Of a stretch of DNA of 64,000 bases, positions 1 through 9,705 are shown piece by piece. The notes beneath the pieces were generated by a model. It saw nothing but the letters and a program-made list of their open reading frames with translations, searched no databases and had not been told where the DNA came from. Source of the DNA: Candidatus Parcubacteria bacterium. Its GTDB lineage: Bacteria; Patescibacteriota; Patescibacteriia; Patescibacteriales; UBA12465. How positions within the stretch are numbered: the stretch's first letter is position 1; every line of letters starts with the position of its first letter. The stretch covers positions 101,726-165,725 of the forward strand of contig JAEZRQ010000005.1 in assembly GCA_023444045.1 (NCBI GenBank), given 5' to 3'. Made by a program: the position numbers and the translations under genes.

Positions 1-605
1 TTCATTTCACCAATCATGTTAGGAATTGGTAGATAAGAAACCATGATAGTTAAAACATCTTTCGGATGATAAAGTTTAGTAATTCTAGCGGCTTCTAAAA
101 ATAATAAATTTTCATATTCACCAACTGTACCGCCAATTTCAATAATCATAATTTCGGCCCCAGTTTTTTCTACCGCCTTATCAATTCGTTCTTTTATTTC
201 CATGGGAATATGCGGCACTACTTGCACACACTTTCCTTTATATTCTAAATTTCTTTCTTTACTGATCACACTTTGATAAATACGACCAGTAGTCATATAA
301 TTTATCTTGTAGATATTAGTATTTAAAAATCTTTCATAGTTACCAATATCTTGATCAGTCTCATCACCATCTTCAGTCACAAAAACTTCCCCATGCTCAA
401 TTGGGTTCATCGTGCCGGCATCAACATTAATGTAAGGATCCATTTTAACCGCACTCACCCTGTAACCGCGGCTTTGTAGAATCTGACCCACTGAAGCAGC
501 GGTCACCCCTTTACCAACACCTGACATTACTCCACCAACCACAAAGATATACTTGGTGTTTAATTTTTCTTTTTTTGAAGCTAACTTAGTGGTTTGGTAA
601 GACAT
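1..605 (-). CDS. pyrG: CTP synthase, N-terminal part (gene continues beyond window start)
   Basis: Not in ORF track because it has no stop in the window. Reverse translation from ATG at 605-603 gives [93 protein letters not shown], the canonical CTP synthase amidoligase N-terminus. Confidence 0.9.
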   Translation of the reverse strand, partial: MSYQTTKLASKKEKLNTKYIFVVGGVMSGVGKGVTAASVGQILQSRGYRVSAVKMDPYINVDAGTMNPIEHGEVFVTEDGDETDQDIGNYERFLNTNIYKINYMTTGRIYQSVISKERNLEYKGKCVQVVPHIPMEIKERIDKAVEKTGAEIMIIEIGGTVGEYENLLFLEAARITKLYHPKDVLTIMVSYLPIPNMIGEM

Positions 606-608
606 AGA

Positions 609-637
609 TTGACAAAGATTAATTGTTATTATATATA
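609..637 (+). promoter_or_regulatory. sigma70-like promoter for the 664 gene
   Basis: TTGACA (609-614), 17 nt spacer, TATATA (632-637). The -35 sits just upstream of the divergent pyrG start codon. Confidence 0.5.
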
Positions 638-663
638 TTAATTACACAAAATAAGGAGGCAAC

Positions 664-939
664 ATGACAACAGCAACGGAATTTACAGTAACTAAAGATC
701 GTCGTTGGTTCTGCGTTGAGGGACCAGACGGAGTAGAAATTGAAGATGCTAGCTACAGAACGCTAGCCGCGATGATGACCAACAATATGGACATCATAGA
801 TGCACATCTCAATGGTAACTTAAAGTTTAATGAAGAAAAAATTTCTTTTTTGGAAAAAGAAGAAATTCTTTCCATCATTAACAAAGAGGTCATTCAAGAA
901 CAACTTGAATACCTCGGCGAACTGGACGATCAAAACTAA
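664..939 (+). CDS. hypothetical acidic 91-aa protein
   Basis: ORF with perfect AGGAGG (654-659) 4 nt before ATG, its own promoter and a hairpin terminator. No recognisable motif. Confidence 0.6.
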   Translation: MTTATEFTVTKDRRWFCVEGPDGVEIEDASYRTLAAMMTNNMDIIDAHLNGNLKFNEEKISFLEKEEILSIINKEVIQEQLEYLGELDDQN

Positions 940-946
940 TAAAAAG

Positions 947-976
947 AAGCGGTCAAAAAAGACCGCTTATTTTTTT
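947..976. terminator. bidirectional intrinsic terminator
   Basis: AAGCGGTC (947-954), loop AAAAAA, GACCGCTT (961-968), with A-run before and T-run after. Lies between convergent genes. Confidence 0.75.
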
Positions 977-2252
977 ACTTACTATTACCTTTTGAATTTA
1001 CTTCTTTTAAGATTAAATCTACAGCTTTCTGTAATTGAGGGTCGCGATTTTTATCAACATCTTCACTAGTCAGTTTAACTTCTACTTGAGGGAGCAGGCC
1101 CTTTTCATTAATGAAATCACCATTAGGGGTCATCCATAGCGCTACGGTAATTTTCATAGAAGAGCCGTCACTAAGACCACGCAATGTTTGCACTGATCCC
1201 TTACCGTAAGTATTTTCACCAACTAAGGTAGCTTTATGATAATCCCTTAAAGCACCAGCAACTATTTCTGAAGCAGAAGCACTGCCACCATTGATTAAAA
1301 CTATGGTCTTAAAACCATCAAGCTGTGGAGCGCCGTAGGCATTATATTCATTACGACCGCCATCACCAAATTGCTCAAGCACAACTGGGCCTTCAGGAAT
1401 CCATTCACTAGCCATCGCGATCGCGGTATCTAAGTAACCACCTGGGTTATTTCTTAAATCAAGAATGATCCCCTTCGCTTTTTTTTCTTTCACTTCTTTA
1501 ACAGCTGATTTAAATAGAGCTAAGGTGTCATCATTAAAATTACTTACTTTAATAACAGAAATGCCATCTGGTCGGTGAGTCACCGCCACACTTTTAACAA
1601 CAATCACTCCACGAGTAATTTTAATTTCTCTTGGGGTTGTTTCTTTGTCTCTTATAACTGTTAAAGTAACTTCGGTTCCCTTTGGCCCTCTAATTTTTTT
1701 AACCGCCTCATCAACGGTTAACCCAATAGTGCTTTCTCCATTAACTGCATAAAGCTTGTCTCCTGCTTTAAGCCCAGCTTTTTCGGCTGGCATACCAGAC
1801 AAAGGAGCTACGATGGTAATAGTGTTATTTCTCATCCCCACTTCAGCCCCAATACCTTCAAAAGTACCAGCTAAATCATTAGCAAATTCTTCGGTTTCAC
1901 TTGGGGTCATAAAAACAGTATAAGGATCATCTGAGGAAGCAGCCAAGCCCTTTAAAGAGCCATAAAACATTTCCTTATCCTTAATCTTGTTCTTATAAAC
2001 AAAATTAGATCGTAGCGCATCCCAAACCTCCCAATAAATACCAAAATCAAAAGCATCTTCATTTACTTCAGTTGTTTTTTCTCCTAGAGCAATTTGTCTA
2101 TCTACTGGAGACTTCCCTTGCCCTAAATAAAAACCGCCAGCAAAAGAAAAGCTAACTAGTAAAATAAGGACAAGACCCCAAAGATTCTTTTTTTTTCTTT
2201 GCTTGAAAGGCTGTAATGTATCAGCCTGATTTTCTAAATTAATATTATTCAT
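975..2252 (-). CDS. S41 carboxy-terminal processing peptidase with PDZ domain
   Basis: N-terminal TM segment; PDZ-like GIGAEVG...AGLKAGDKL; S41 core LDLRNNPGGYL and INGGSASASEI. Confidence 0.9.
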   Translation of the reverse strand: MNNINLENQADTLQPFKQRKKKNLWGLVLILLVSFSFAGGFYLGQGKSPVDRQIALGEKTTEVNEDAFDFGIYWEVWDALRSNFVYKNKIKDKEMFYGSLKGLAASSDDPYTVFMTPSETEEFANDLAGTFEGIGAEVGMRNNTITIVAPLSGMPAEKAGLKAGDKLYAVNGESTIGLTVDEAVKKIRGPKGTEVTLTVIRDKETTPREIKITRGVIVVKSVAVTHRPDGISVIKVSNFNDDTLALFKSAVKEVKEKKAKGIILDLRNNPGGYLDTAIAMASEWIPEGPVVLEQFGDGGRNEYNAYGAPQLDGFKTIVLINGGSASASEIVAGALRDYHKATLVGENTYGKGSVQTLRGLSDGSSMKITVALWMTPNGDFINEKGLLPQVEVKLTSEDVDKNRDPQLQKAVDLILKEVNSKGNSK

Positions 2253-2256
2253 AAAA

Positions 2257-2838
2257 TTATGGTCTAATAATTTTTAAAGCCTCACCCGTTAAATCAATAA
2301 TCTTGGAGGCTTGTTGCTTTAAATGCCCAGCATCTAAAAACAAATCAACCCCTCTGATTTTTAGTGCTTGGCTGATTTCTTGATAAACCGGCTCACCGCT
2401 AAGATTAAAACTGGTAGAAACTAGCGGTACGCCACTTGCTCTTATTATTTTACGCAAAAAATTACTTTTAGGCAAACGCACAGCTAGAGTCTGATTTTTA
2501 GAAATAATTGCCTTTGGTAAGTTGTTTTTTGACCTTAAAATGACGGAGGTTGGCCGCTTTTGTTGCCAGATTTTTTTTAAAATAAGCTCTTGCTTCTGAG
2601 AAATAAAACAATAATCTTTAACCATCTTCAGACTAGAAACTAAAATAATAAATGGCTTATTAACACTTCTTTTTTTAATCCTTCTAATTTTTAAAATTGC
2701 TTTTTGATTAGTTGCCAGGCAGCCGAGTCCGTAAATGGTGTCAGTGGGATAAACAATTATTTTTCCACTTTTTAAATAATTAACAATAAGCGCCCGCAGG
2801 GCGCTTGATGTTTTTGCGGGATTAATCTCTAGGTACAT
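2257..2838 (-). CDS. tsaC: L-threonylcarbamoyladenylate synthase (YrdC/Sua5 domain only)
   Basis: YPTDTIYGLGC ... KPFIILV ... LAVRLP ... STSFNLSGEP, YrdC-family motifs; 193 aa. Confidence 0.8.
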   Translation of the reverse strand: MYLEINPAKTSSALRALIVNYLKSGKIIVYPTDTIYGLGCLATNQKAILKIRRIKKRSVNKPFIILVSSLKMVKDYCFISQKQELILKKIWQQKRPTSVILRSKNNLPKAIISKNQTLAVRLPKSNFLRKIIRASGVPLVSTSFNLSGEPVYQEISQALKIRGVDLFLDAGHLKQQASKIIDLTGEALKIIRP

Positions 2839-2844
2839 AAAAAG

Positions 2845-3363
2845 CTAACCAATAACGGAACTAAGCACCTTAAGCGCTTCCGGTAAAAACGGTAATAAGA
2901 TATCAGCTACTTTAACTAAAGATGGTGCTACTGTAGAAACGGCTAATTGGTTACCCATCAAACTATCAACCCAGGTATAACGAGCAGCAACAAATAAAAT
3001 TAAACCCAGAGCTAAAGCTCCTTCCAACAAACCAAGTACACCACCTAACAAGCGATTAATGAGCTTGGTAAAAGGAATAATGGAGATTAAGTTGAAAACT
3101 TTTTCAATAATGATAAAGACCACCCCAACTAAACTACTAACTAAAGTAAAGAGGATAATAAATGATAAAAACTTTTCTGTGCCCTCACCCCAATCAACAA
3201 ACCCCTTAGCCCAGTCATAAAAGTTTAAATAAAAGTGACTAGAAACATAAGCCGCCACAATTAAGCCAACAAATTGGCCTAATAATCTAATTAACCCCTT
3301 TCTTAAACCATTAAAAGTAAAGATGGCTAAAATCACTAACAGAGCAATATCAAAGTATGACAT
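2845..3363 (-). CDS. cvpA: CvpA-family membrane protein
   Basis: About 170 aa with 4 TM segments; N-terminus MSYFDIALLVILAIFTFNGLRKGLIR is typical of CvpA. Confidence 0.7.
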   Translation of the reverse strand: MSYFDIALLVILAIFTFNGLRKGLIRLLGQFVGLIVAAYVSSHFYLNFYDWAKGFVDWGEGTEKFLSFIILFTLVSSLVGVVFIIIEKVFNLISIIPFTKLINRLLGGVLGLLEGALALGLILFVAARYTWVDSLMGNQLAVSTVAPSLVKVADILLPFLPEALKVLSSVIG

Positions 3364-3367
3364 ATTT

Positions 3368-4798
3368 TTAGCTTAGGCGAGGAAATAAGGCCTCTCCTTT
3401 TTTTATTTGCCCCTGGCTAAACTGTGTAATTAGCTTAGCGGCGACACCTGGCATAAATATTTGTAAAAAATAAGCGATATTTAAAATCTCTTGCGCAATT
3501 GGCCTAAGACAATTGTTAATTTCTTCGCGGTCTGTCATTTTCCACGGAGCAGCGCTACTTAATTTTTCATTACAGTCTCTGACCTGTTGCCACAAAATAT
3601 TTAAAGCTTCATTAAATTTATAAGTTGTAATTGTTTGTTCAAAATCTCTTGCCCAAGCTAAACTAGCAAAATTAATTTCCAAATTAGTAACAATTTCATT
3701 TTTTTCTAACAAGGTGGCGACCCTAGCAGCCAGATTTCCTAAACCATTAGCTAAATCGGCATTATATTTTATTTTCAGTCTTTCCTCAGAAAAATCGCCA
3801 TCTTCAAAAGGTAAAATGTCGGTTAAAAGATAGTAGCGCAGAGTATCGGCGCCGTATTTGGAAGCAAATTCAAAGGGATCAACGCCGTTACCAGCACTTT
3901 TGCTAATTTTCTCCCCATTAGCAGTTAAAAAGCCAAAGACTAGAACTTGGGTTGAATTAGGCAGTCCAGCTGACATGAGCATTGCCTGCCACATCGCTGT
4001 CTGTTGTCTTAAATTATCTTTGCCACAAACCTGCAGGCCCGGCCAAAATTGAGTAAAACTCTTTTCTTCCTCTGGCCAGCCCAAGCAAGAAATATAGTTA
4101 ACTAGAGCATCAAACCAAACATACATTACCTGGCTATCATCACCCGGCACCGGAACACCGTTAGGCATTTTTGATTTTAAACGGGAAATACTAAAATCTT
4201 GCAAACCGCCCGCCACAAAATTTTTAATTTCATTAAAGCGATGATTAGGGATTACAAAATTAGGATTAGCTTCATAAAATTTCAGCAACTTCTCCGTATA
4301 ATTTGAAAAACGAAAAAAATAATTTTCCTCCTCAATAGTTTCTAGTTCTCTACTGGGATGAAAGGGGCAGCGGCCATTTTCTAAATCAGATTCTTGTTTT
4401 TCCAGCTCGCAGCCAACACAGTATTTTACCTGATAGTTTTTTTTGTAGATATCGCCAGCTGCCTGACAACGTTTCCAAAATTCTTGAGCGGCCACCACGT
4501 GATGTTCATCAGTGGTGCGAATAAAGTTATTGAAAGTTAAATCTAAGGCTTCTTTTAGAGCTTTAAATTTAGCGGCATAAGGGTCGCAATACTCTCTAGG
4601 ACTAAGCCCAGCCTCCTGAGCATTTTGATAAATTTTCAGACCATGTTCATCGGTGCCGGTATTAAAAAAGACTTCAGCGCCATTTAATCTTTGCCAACGA
4701 GCAATGACATCAGCTTTAATCAGTTCAGTGGCAAAACCAATGTGAGGATCGGAATTGGTGTAAGGCAAGGTGGTAGTAATATAAAAATTCTTGGGCAT
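3368..4798 (-). CDS. metG: methionine--tRNA ligase (minimal form, no C-terminal tRNA-binding domain)
   Basis: Class I motifs PYTNSDPHIGF (HIGH) and KISKS; zinc knuckle CVGCE...CPFH. Confidence 0.95.
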   Translation of the reverse strand: MPKNFYITTTLPYTNSDPHIGFATELIKADVIARWQRLNGAEVFFNTGTDEHGLKIYQNAQEAGLSPREYCDPYAAKFKALKEALDLTFNNFIRTTDEHHVVAAQEFWKRCQAAGDIYKKNYQVKYCVGCELEKQESDLENGRCPFHPSRELETIEEENYFFRFSNYTEKLLKFYEANPNFVIPNHRFNEIKNFVAGGLQDFSISRLKSKMPNGVPVPGDDSQVMYVWFDALVNYISCLGWPEEEKSFTQFWPGLQVCGKDNLRQQTAMWQAMLMSAGLPNSTQVLVFGFLTANGEKISKSAGNGVDPFEFASKYGADTLRYYLLTDILPFEDGDFSEERLKIKYNADLANGLGNLAARVATLLEKNEIVTNLEINFASLAWARDFEQTITTYKFNEALNILWQQVRDCNEKLSSAAPWKMTDREEINNCLRPIAQEILNIAYFLQIFMPGVAAKLITQFSQGQIKKGEALFPRLS

Positions 4799-4800
4799 AA

Positions 4801-5514
4801 TTATTTTTTCTTTCTAATTAAAACGACAAATTCCCCTTTATTCATCTGTGAGTCAGATTTTAATTGCTCTGCTAATTCTAAAGGAGAACCAAAATAACAC
4901 TGTTCAAACATTTTAGTCAGCTCACGGCCTAACATGACCTCTAACTTTATTTTTGCTTCACTAGAAAATAAATTAAGCTCTTCCATTAGTTTGATAATGC
5001 GGTGTTTTGACTCATAAACTCCAACTGGATAATCTTGCTTAAGGATTTCTTTAATCATTGTCTGACGCCCCTTTTTATGAGGTAAAAAACCAAAAAAAGC
5101 AAAACGATCAACCGGCCAACCCGAAATTGACAGCGCAGTAATAATTGCTGAGGGGCCAGGAATACCTTGGATACTGAGCTCTTTGCCAAACTCTTCCCTG
5201 ACTTGGGATACTAGGGCTGCACCAGGATCAGAGATGCCGGGAGTACCAGCGTCAGAGACTAAGGCCAAACTCTTTCCCTCTTTTAGATAACGAATAATCT
5301 GATCTATTTTACCAGAACCAGAATGCTGGTGATAAGAAATCGTGTCAGTTTTAATTTGGTAGCGATCAAGTAGTTTTTTAGTGGTTCTAGTGTCTTCACA
5401 CAGGACATAATCAACCTGGGCTAAAATATCTAAAGCCCGCTTGCTGATATCATCTAAATTACCAATTGGCGTAGCGACAACATAAAGAGTTCCTAACATA
5501 ATATTATTCAACAT
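4801..5514 (-). CDS. rsmI: 16S rRNA (cytidine1402-2'-O)-methyltransferase
   Basis: GTLYVVATPIGNLDDIS ... CEDTR ... SDAGTPGISDPG. Start moved to the internal ATG at 5514 (MLNNIMLGTLYVV); the longer track ORF overlaps the upstream gene. Confidence 0.85.
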   Translation of the reverse strand: MLNNIMLGTLYVVATPIGNLDDISKRALDILAQVDYVLCEDTRTTKKLLDRYQIKTDTISYHQHSGSGKIDQIIRYLKEGKSLALVSDAGTPGISDPGAALVSQVREEFGKELSIQGIPGPSAIITALSISGWPVDRFAFFGFLPHKKGRQTMIKEILKQDYPVGVYESKHRIIKLMEELNLFSSEAKIKLEVMLGRELTKMFEQCYFGSPLELAEQLKSDSQMNKGEFVVLIRKKK

Positions 5515-7213
5515 TGTCCTTTCTTTCTTTAATATACTTTGTCCAATCTTCCGCCACCTCAACTAGGACTTTAAAGGGGGCTTCAATGATAAAGTCAAAG
5601 ACAAAAATAAAGACATTAACTTTGGAAACATTACTGGAGAGCCATTTACCAATTAAAATTATGGGCATATAGAAAAGGTCTATCAGTAGTGAAAAGATGT
5701 TCTCCCTTCTTTCAATGACTATCAAATCTTTAATGCCTTTAGTAGTAACAATACTAAAGAAAGAAACAAAGGCTAAGAAGAATAAGAAAATTACAATACT
5801 AACCCAGTTAAAGTGAATATAGTCTAAAACTTTAATAATGAAATAGAGTGACACAAAGAAAGCGGCCGTATAGATTAAATTAAAAATCCAATTAACAATA
5901 AAGTTTCTTTTACCCTTAGCTCTTAGCACTATCGGGCCTTTGCGCTCATAACCGACAAAGAATAATTCTCTAATCCCTTCAATAATCTTATTAGTATTAG
6001 AATCGCCCGGAGTTCTAGTTAGAAAGACAATAAAGAACAACAAGAAAGCTGGGAAAATAACATTAATAATTAATGAGGTCACATTAATTGGCTCATTAAA
6101 CCACTGAGTGGCTGGAATTTCTAAAGCAAAAACAAAAATTGATTTTGTTAAAAAGATATAAATAATACTGCGGAAAGCCACACGCCACAAACGACTTTTA
6201 GCTTTTTTATATTTAGCTTCGCAAACCTTCTTTACATCTGAAAAAAATGATTTCTCATTAGAGTAGATTTGGTTATAAACCTTAACCGGATCTTTCTCTA
6301 CCGTTTCCGCCATGATGGAGGAGTAAAGTGCATATTTTTTAGTGACCTTATCAAGCTGTTTTACAAGCGGATGCTCTATTTGGCGCTTTACTTCTAGCCT
6401 TAAATCCCTGGCTGTCGCAGCAATACTTTTTATTTCCACTGATCCTGACTCAACATCCAACCAGTTGTCGTTGTAATATTTAAACAAGACGAAAGAAATC
6501 ATGTCCTCATCAAACTTACCATAGGTACGACAAATACTTAAATATGTTTGAATCTCTAAATCAGCTTCAAAAGCCAAACTATTTGATAATTTGATGTTTT
6601 TACTTAAAAAATCATACAGGTTAGCAATCATAGCCTGCTTAACTTTATTAGTCCCTAGACTCTCCTCAATCTCACAGGCCGCTAAAGACAAAATCCAATT
6701 AACCAAAGCATTTTTTTCATCAATTACTTCTTTAATTTTAGAGACATCTTTTTTTAAATCCAACTCACCACCAATCTGTGAAACACAAATATTTTTGAGT
6801 TCAATATACTTATCAAGCATCTTCGCCACTGAAACAATTTTCGTTTCAGGTATTTTATCATTTGGTAGATATGCCCCTCTAATAAGTTCGGTCAGTAGAT
6901 GAGTAGAGATTTCTGTCGTATCAACTGACTTAATAGCGCCTTCAATTACAACTTGTCTTTTAAGAATTCTGATAATGGCATTCTTTCTTAGTAAATGATC
7001 TTCATCATAATCAATGGCATTTCTAATTTTCTCATAAAAGAAGGCTAATTTAGAAACAACAGTTGAGACGCTAATTTTAGGAGTATCATCAACGCCACCG
7101 CTCACTTTTTTATTTTGTTCATTATAAATAACCTGAAAAAGGCGCTTGGCACTTTCATTGATTTCCGCTGGGCTTGATTCTTGATTTTTCTTGACTAAAT
7201 TGGGGCTGACCAT
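5504..7213 (-). CDS. hypothetical protein: about 330-aa soluble N-terminal half plus polytopic membrane C-terminal half
   Basis: 569-aa ORF with several hydrophobic segments in the C-terminal half. Family not recognised. Confidence 0.6.
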   Translation of the reverse strand: MVSPNLVKKNQESSPAEINESAKRLFQVIYNEQNKKVSGGVDDTPKISVSTVVSKLAFFYEKIRNAIDYDEDHLLRKNAIIRILKRQVVIEGAIKSVDTTEISTHLLTELIRGAYLPNDKIPETKIVSVAKMLDKYIELKNICVSQIGGELDLKKDVSKIKEVIDEKNALVNWILSLAACEIEESLGTNKVKQAMIANLYDFLSKNIKLSNSLAFEADLEIQTYLSICRTYGKFDEDMISFVLFKYYNDNWLDVESGSVEIKSIAATARDLRLEVKRQIEHPLVKQLDKVTKKYALYSSIMAETVEKDPVKVYNQIYSNEKSFFSDVKKVCEAKYKKAKSRLWRVAFRSIIYIFLTKSIFVFALEIPATQWFNEPINVTSLIINVIFPAFLLFFIVFLTRTPGDSNTNKIIEGIRELFFVGYERKGPIVLRAKGKRNFIVNWIFNLIYTAAFFVSLYFIIKVLDYIHFNWVSIVIFLFFLAFVSFFSIVTTKGIKDLIVIERRENIFSLLIDLFYMPIILIGKWLSSNVSKVNVFIFVFDFIIEAPFKVLVEVAEDWTKYIKERKDNVE

Positions 7214-7303
7214 AGATTATTAGCTAAAATTAGCATTTTATAAGTCTAAAATGCCTTACTTGTTAATTTTACCGTCTTTAGGTGTAAAAAGCAAATAAAT
7301 CGG

Positions 7304-7332
7304 TTGACAAGTATCTTCTGATTATGTATTAT
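7304..7332 (+). promoter_or_regulatory. sigma70-like promoter with extended -10 for secE-nusG-rplK-rplA
   Basis: TTGACA (7304-7309), 17 nt spacer, TG-n-TATTAT (7325-7332). Confidence 0.6.
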
Positions 7333-7418
7333 TTAGTTAGAAAAAACTGGCCCAAAAAGGCTGTTTTTAAATTAAGCAATTTGCCAGATTAGGCAATACA
7401 AAATTCTATTAGAAAGTT

Positions 7419-7607
7419 ATGAGTAAAATTACAAGTTACATCAAAGATTCAGTTGAAGAAATGAAAAAGGTCACTTGGCCAACTAAGAAAGAAACTTATC
7501 GCTACACGGTGCTAATTATTGGTATTAGCTTAGGGGTGGCCATCTTTTTAGGTTCACTGGACTACATTTTCAACTTAGGCATCAAAGCTTTCTTATACAA
7601 TCTTTAA
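7419..7607 (+). CDS. secE: preprotein translocase subunit SecE
   Basis: 62 aa with a single TM; VEEMKKVTWPTKKET motif; sits immediately upstream of nusG. Confidence 0.8.
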   Translation: MSKITSYIKDSVEEMKKVTWPTKKETYRYTVLIIGISLGVAIFLGSLDYIFNLGIKAFLYNL

Positions 7608-7678
7608 TTTTAATAGTACATTAGAAAGAATTCTAATAATAACAATTATTTTAGAATCTTTCAGGTGTTGGTATCTTT

Positions 7679-8224
7679 ATGGCCAAACAACTTTTAAATC
7701 AAGGCCGACGCTGGTATGTTCTTCACACCTATTCAGGTTATGAAGAAAATGTCGCCCAGAACTTAAAACAAAGAATTGAATCTTTGGATATGGAAGATAA
7801 GATTTTTAGTATCTTAATTCCTACTGAGAAAAAAGTAAAAATCAAAAATGGTAAAAGAAAAGTTGTTGAAGAGAAAATTTTTCCTGGCTATATCTTGGTA
7901 GAAATGATTGTAACCGATGAATCTTGGTATATTGTTAGAAACACTCCGAATGTCACTGGTTTTATTGGTACCGGCACCATCCCGACCCCAATTCGTGAAG
8001 AAGAAGTTGAGTCTCTTAAAAAACGCATGGGTGTTGAGGATCCTAAATTCCAAATTGATATTATTATTGGCTCCCCAGTTAAAATTAATGAAGGGCCATT
8101 TAAAAATATGGAGGGTAAAGTTACTGCTATTGATGAGGCAAAAGGAAAGGTTAAGGTTAATGTTAATCTTTTCGGCCGCGAGACTCCAGTTGAACTTGAT
8201 TTCTTACAAGTTAAAAAAGTATAA
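7679..8224 (+). CDS. nusG: transcription termination/antitermination factor NusG
   Basis: WYVLHTYSGYE NGN domain and C-terminal KOW (GPFKNMEGKV). Confidence 0.95.
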   Translation: MAKQLLNQGRRWYVLHTYSGYEENVAQNLKQRIESLDMEDKIFSILIPTEKKVKIKNGKRKVVEEKIFPGYILVEMIVTDESWYIVRNTPNVTGFIGTGTIPTPIREEEVESLKKRMGVEDPKFQIDIIIGSPVKINEGPFKNMEGKVTAIDEAKGKVKVNVNLFGRETPVELDFLQVKKV

Positions 8225-8275
8225 ATAATACACTGTAAGGGGAATGCTTCTGCCCCAAACTAGTAACAACATTTT

Positions 8276-8704
8276 ATGGCAAAAAAAATTAAAACTAAAA
8301 TAAAATTACAAATCGTTGGCGGTCAGGCAAATCCAGCCCCTCCAGTCGGACCAGCTTTAGGTCAACATGGTTTAAACATTGCTGAATTCTGTCAGAAGTT
8401 TAATGATGCGACCAGAGCTGATAAGATGGGTGAAATTGTTCCAGTGGAAATTACTGTTTATGAAGACAGAACCTATGATTTTATTACTAAAACTGCTCCT
8501 GCCGCTGAATTACTTAAGAAGGCAGCCAAAGTAGCTAAAGGGTCAGGTAAACCACTGACTGATAAAGTTGGTTCAATTACTCGCGAACAATTAAAAGAAA
8601 TTGCTGAGAAAAAAATGTCTGACTTGAGCGCTAACTCTGTTGAAGCAGCAATGAATACCATTGCTGGTACTGCTCGCAACATGGGTATTGAAATTAAAGA
8701 TTAA
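8276..8704 (+). CDS. rplK: 50S ribosomal protein L11
   Basis: [26 protein letters not shown], canonical L11. Confidence 0.97.
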   Translation: MAKKIKTKIKLQIVGGQANPAPPVGPALGQHGLNIAEFCQKFNDATRADKMGEIVPVEITVYEDRTYDFITKTAPAAELLKKAAKVAKGSGKPLTDKVGSITREQLKEIAEKKMSDLSANSVEAAMNTIAGTARNMGIEIKD

Positions 8705-8753
8705 TATAATTAACGTGGGAGTTTAAAAAACGCTTGCACCACTAAATAAAAAT

Positions 8754-9503
8754 ATGAAAAAAGAAAAAGAAGAAAAGAAAGTTGTTAAGACTACCGCCAA
8801 AAAAGAAGCGGTTGCTCCAAAAAAGATTGTTAAAAAAGCTAAAGATTTTTCTAAAATCTACGACGCTAACAAAACTTACAACATTAGCGAAGCTTTAGAA
8901 ATTGTTAAACAAATTACCAGCACCAAATTTGATTCATCAGTTGAAGTGCATTTCCGCCTAGGTATTAACCCTAAAAAAGGTGATCAACAAGTTCGTGGCG
9001 CTGTTTCCCTGCCCAATGGTACTGGTAAAACTGTGCGTGTAGCCGCTTTTGTTTCTTCAGAAAATGAGAAGGCGGTTAAAGAGGCTGGTGCTGATTTAGT
9101 TGGTGGTGAAGACTTAATTGAAGAAATTAAGAAAAGTGGTAAGACTGATTTTGAGGTCGCCGTCGCTGAACCAGCCATGATGAGAAACCTAGCTTCAATT
9201 GCTAAAATCTTAGGTACTCGCGGACTGATGCCATCACCTAAAAACGATACCGTTACCCCTAACGTCGCTCTGGCTGTTTCTGAACTTAAGAAAGGTAAAA
9301 TCAGTTATAAGAATGATGATACTGCTAATTTGCATTGTTTAATCGGTAAAGTCAGCTTTGACACCAACAAATTGGTAGAAAACTACAATACCTTAATTGA
9401 TAACATTAGAAAGGCAAAACCATCATCTGCTAAAGGTTCATATATTAAATCGGTCAGTATTTGCTCCTCTATGAGTAAAGGGGTCAAAGTGATTGTTTCC
9501 TAA
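8754..9503 (+). CDS. rplA: 50S ribosomal protein L1
   Basis: FDSSVEVHFRLGINPKKGDQQVRG ... LPNGTGK, canonical L1, with a lysine-rich N-terminal extension. Confidence 0.95.
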   Translation: MKKEKEEKKVVKTTAKKEAVAPKKIVKKAKDFSKIYDANKTYNISEALEIVKQITSTKFDSSVEVHFRLGINPKKGDQQVRGAVSLPNGTGKTVRVAAFVSSENEKAVKEAGADLVGGEDLIEEIKKSGKTDFEVAVAEPAMMRNLASIAKILGTRGLMPSPKNDTVTPNVALAVSELKKGKISYKNDDTANLHCLIGKVSFDTNKLVENYNTLIDNIRKAKPSSAKGSYIKSVSICSSMSKGVKVIVS

Positions 9504-9514
9504 TATTAAAACTT

Positions 9515-9546
9515 AAGCCCCCGCTCCGCGGGGGCTTATTTTTTTT
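9515..9546 (+). terminator. intrinsic terminator after rplA
   Basis: 10-bp GC-rich stem AAGCCCCCGC / GCGGGGGCTT with loop TCC, then ATTTTTTTT. Confidence 0.85.
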
Positions 9547-9548
9547 AT

Positions 9549-9576
9549 TTGACAATTTCTGGTTAAATGTTATAAT
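9549..9576 (+). promoter_or_regulatory. sigma70-like promoter for the RRM protein gene
   Basis: TTGACA (9549-9554), 16 nt spacer, TG-n-TATAAT (9571-9576). Leaves a 5'UTR of about 125 nt. Confidence 0.6.
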
Positions 9577-9705
9577 TCTTTTTGTAAGTATTCTAAAAAA
9601 ATATAGAGGTGTTCTCACTATCTATTTATTAACTAGGAAAAGGTCGTCTTACCTTTTTAAACAAAGGTTATTTTTTTAACTAAAAATAACCAAGAAAGTA
9701 AAAAC

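Noticed and set aside
7214-7418. Expected rpmG or tRNA-Trp upstream of secE
   Set aside because: No ORF resembling L33 and no cloverleaf-capable sequence is present. The region contains only the promoter and a short leader.
7917-8228. 103-aa same-strand alternative-frame ORF inside nusG, and the antisense ORF 7814-8053
   Set aside because: Leucine/lysine low-complexity products, typical of off-frame reading of an AT-rich gene. No start signals.
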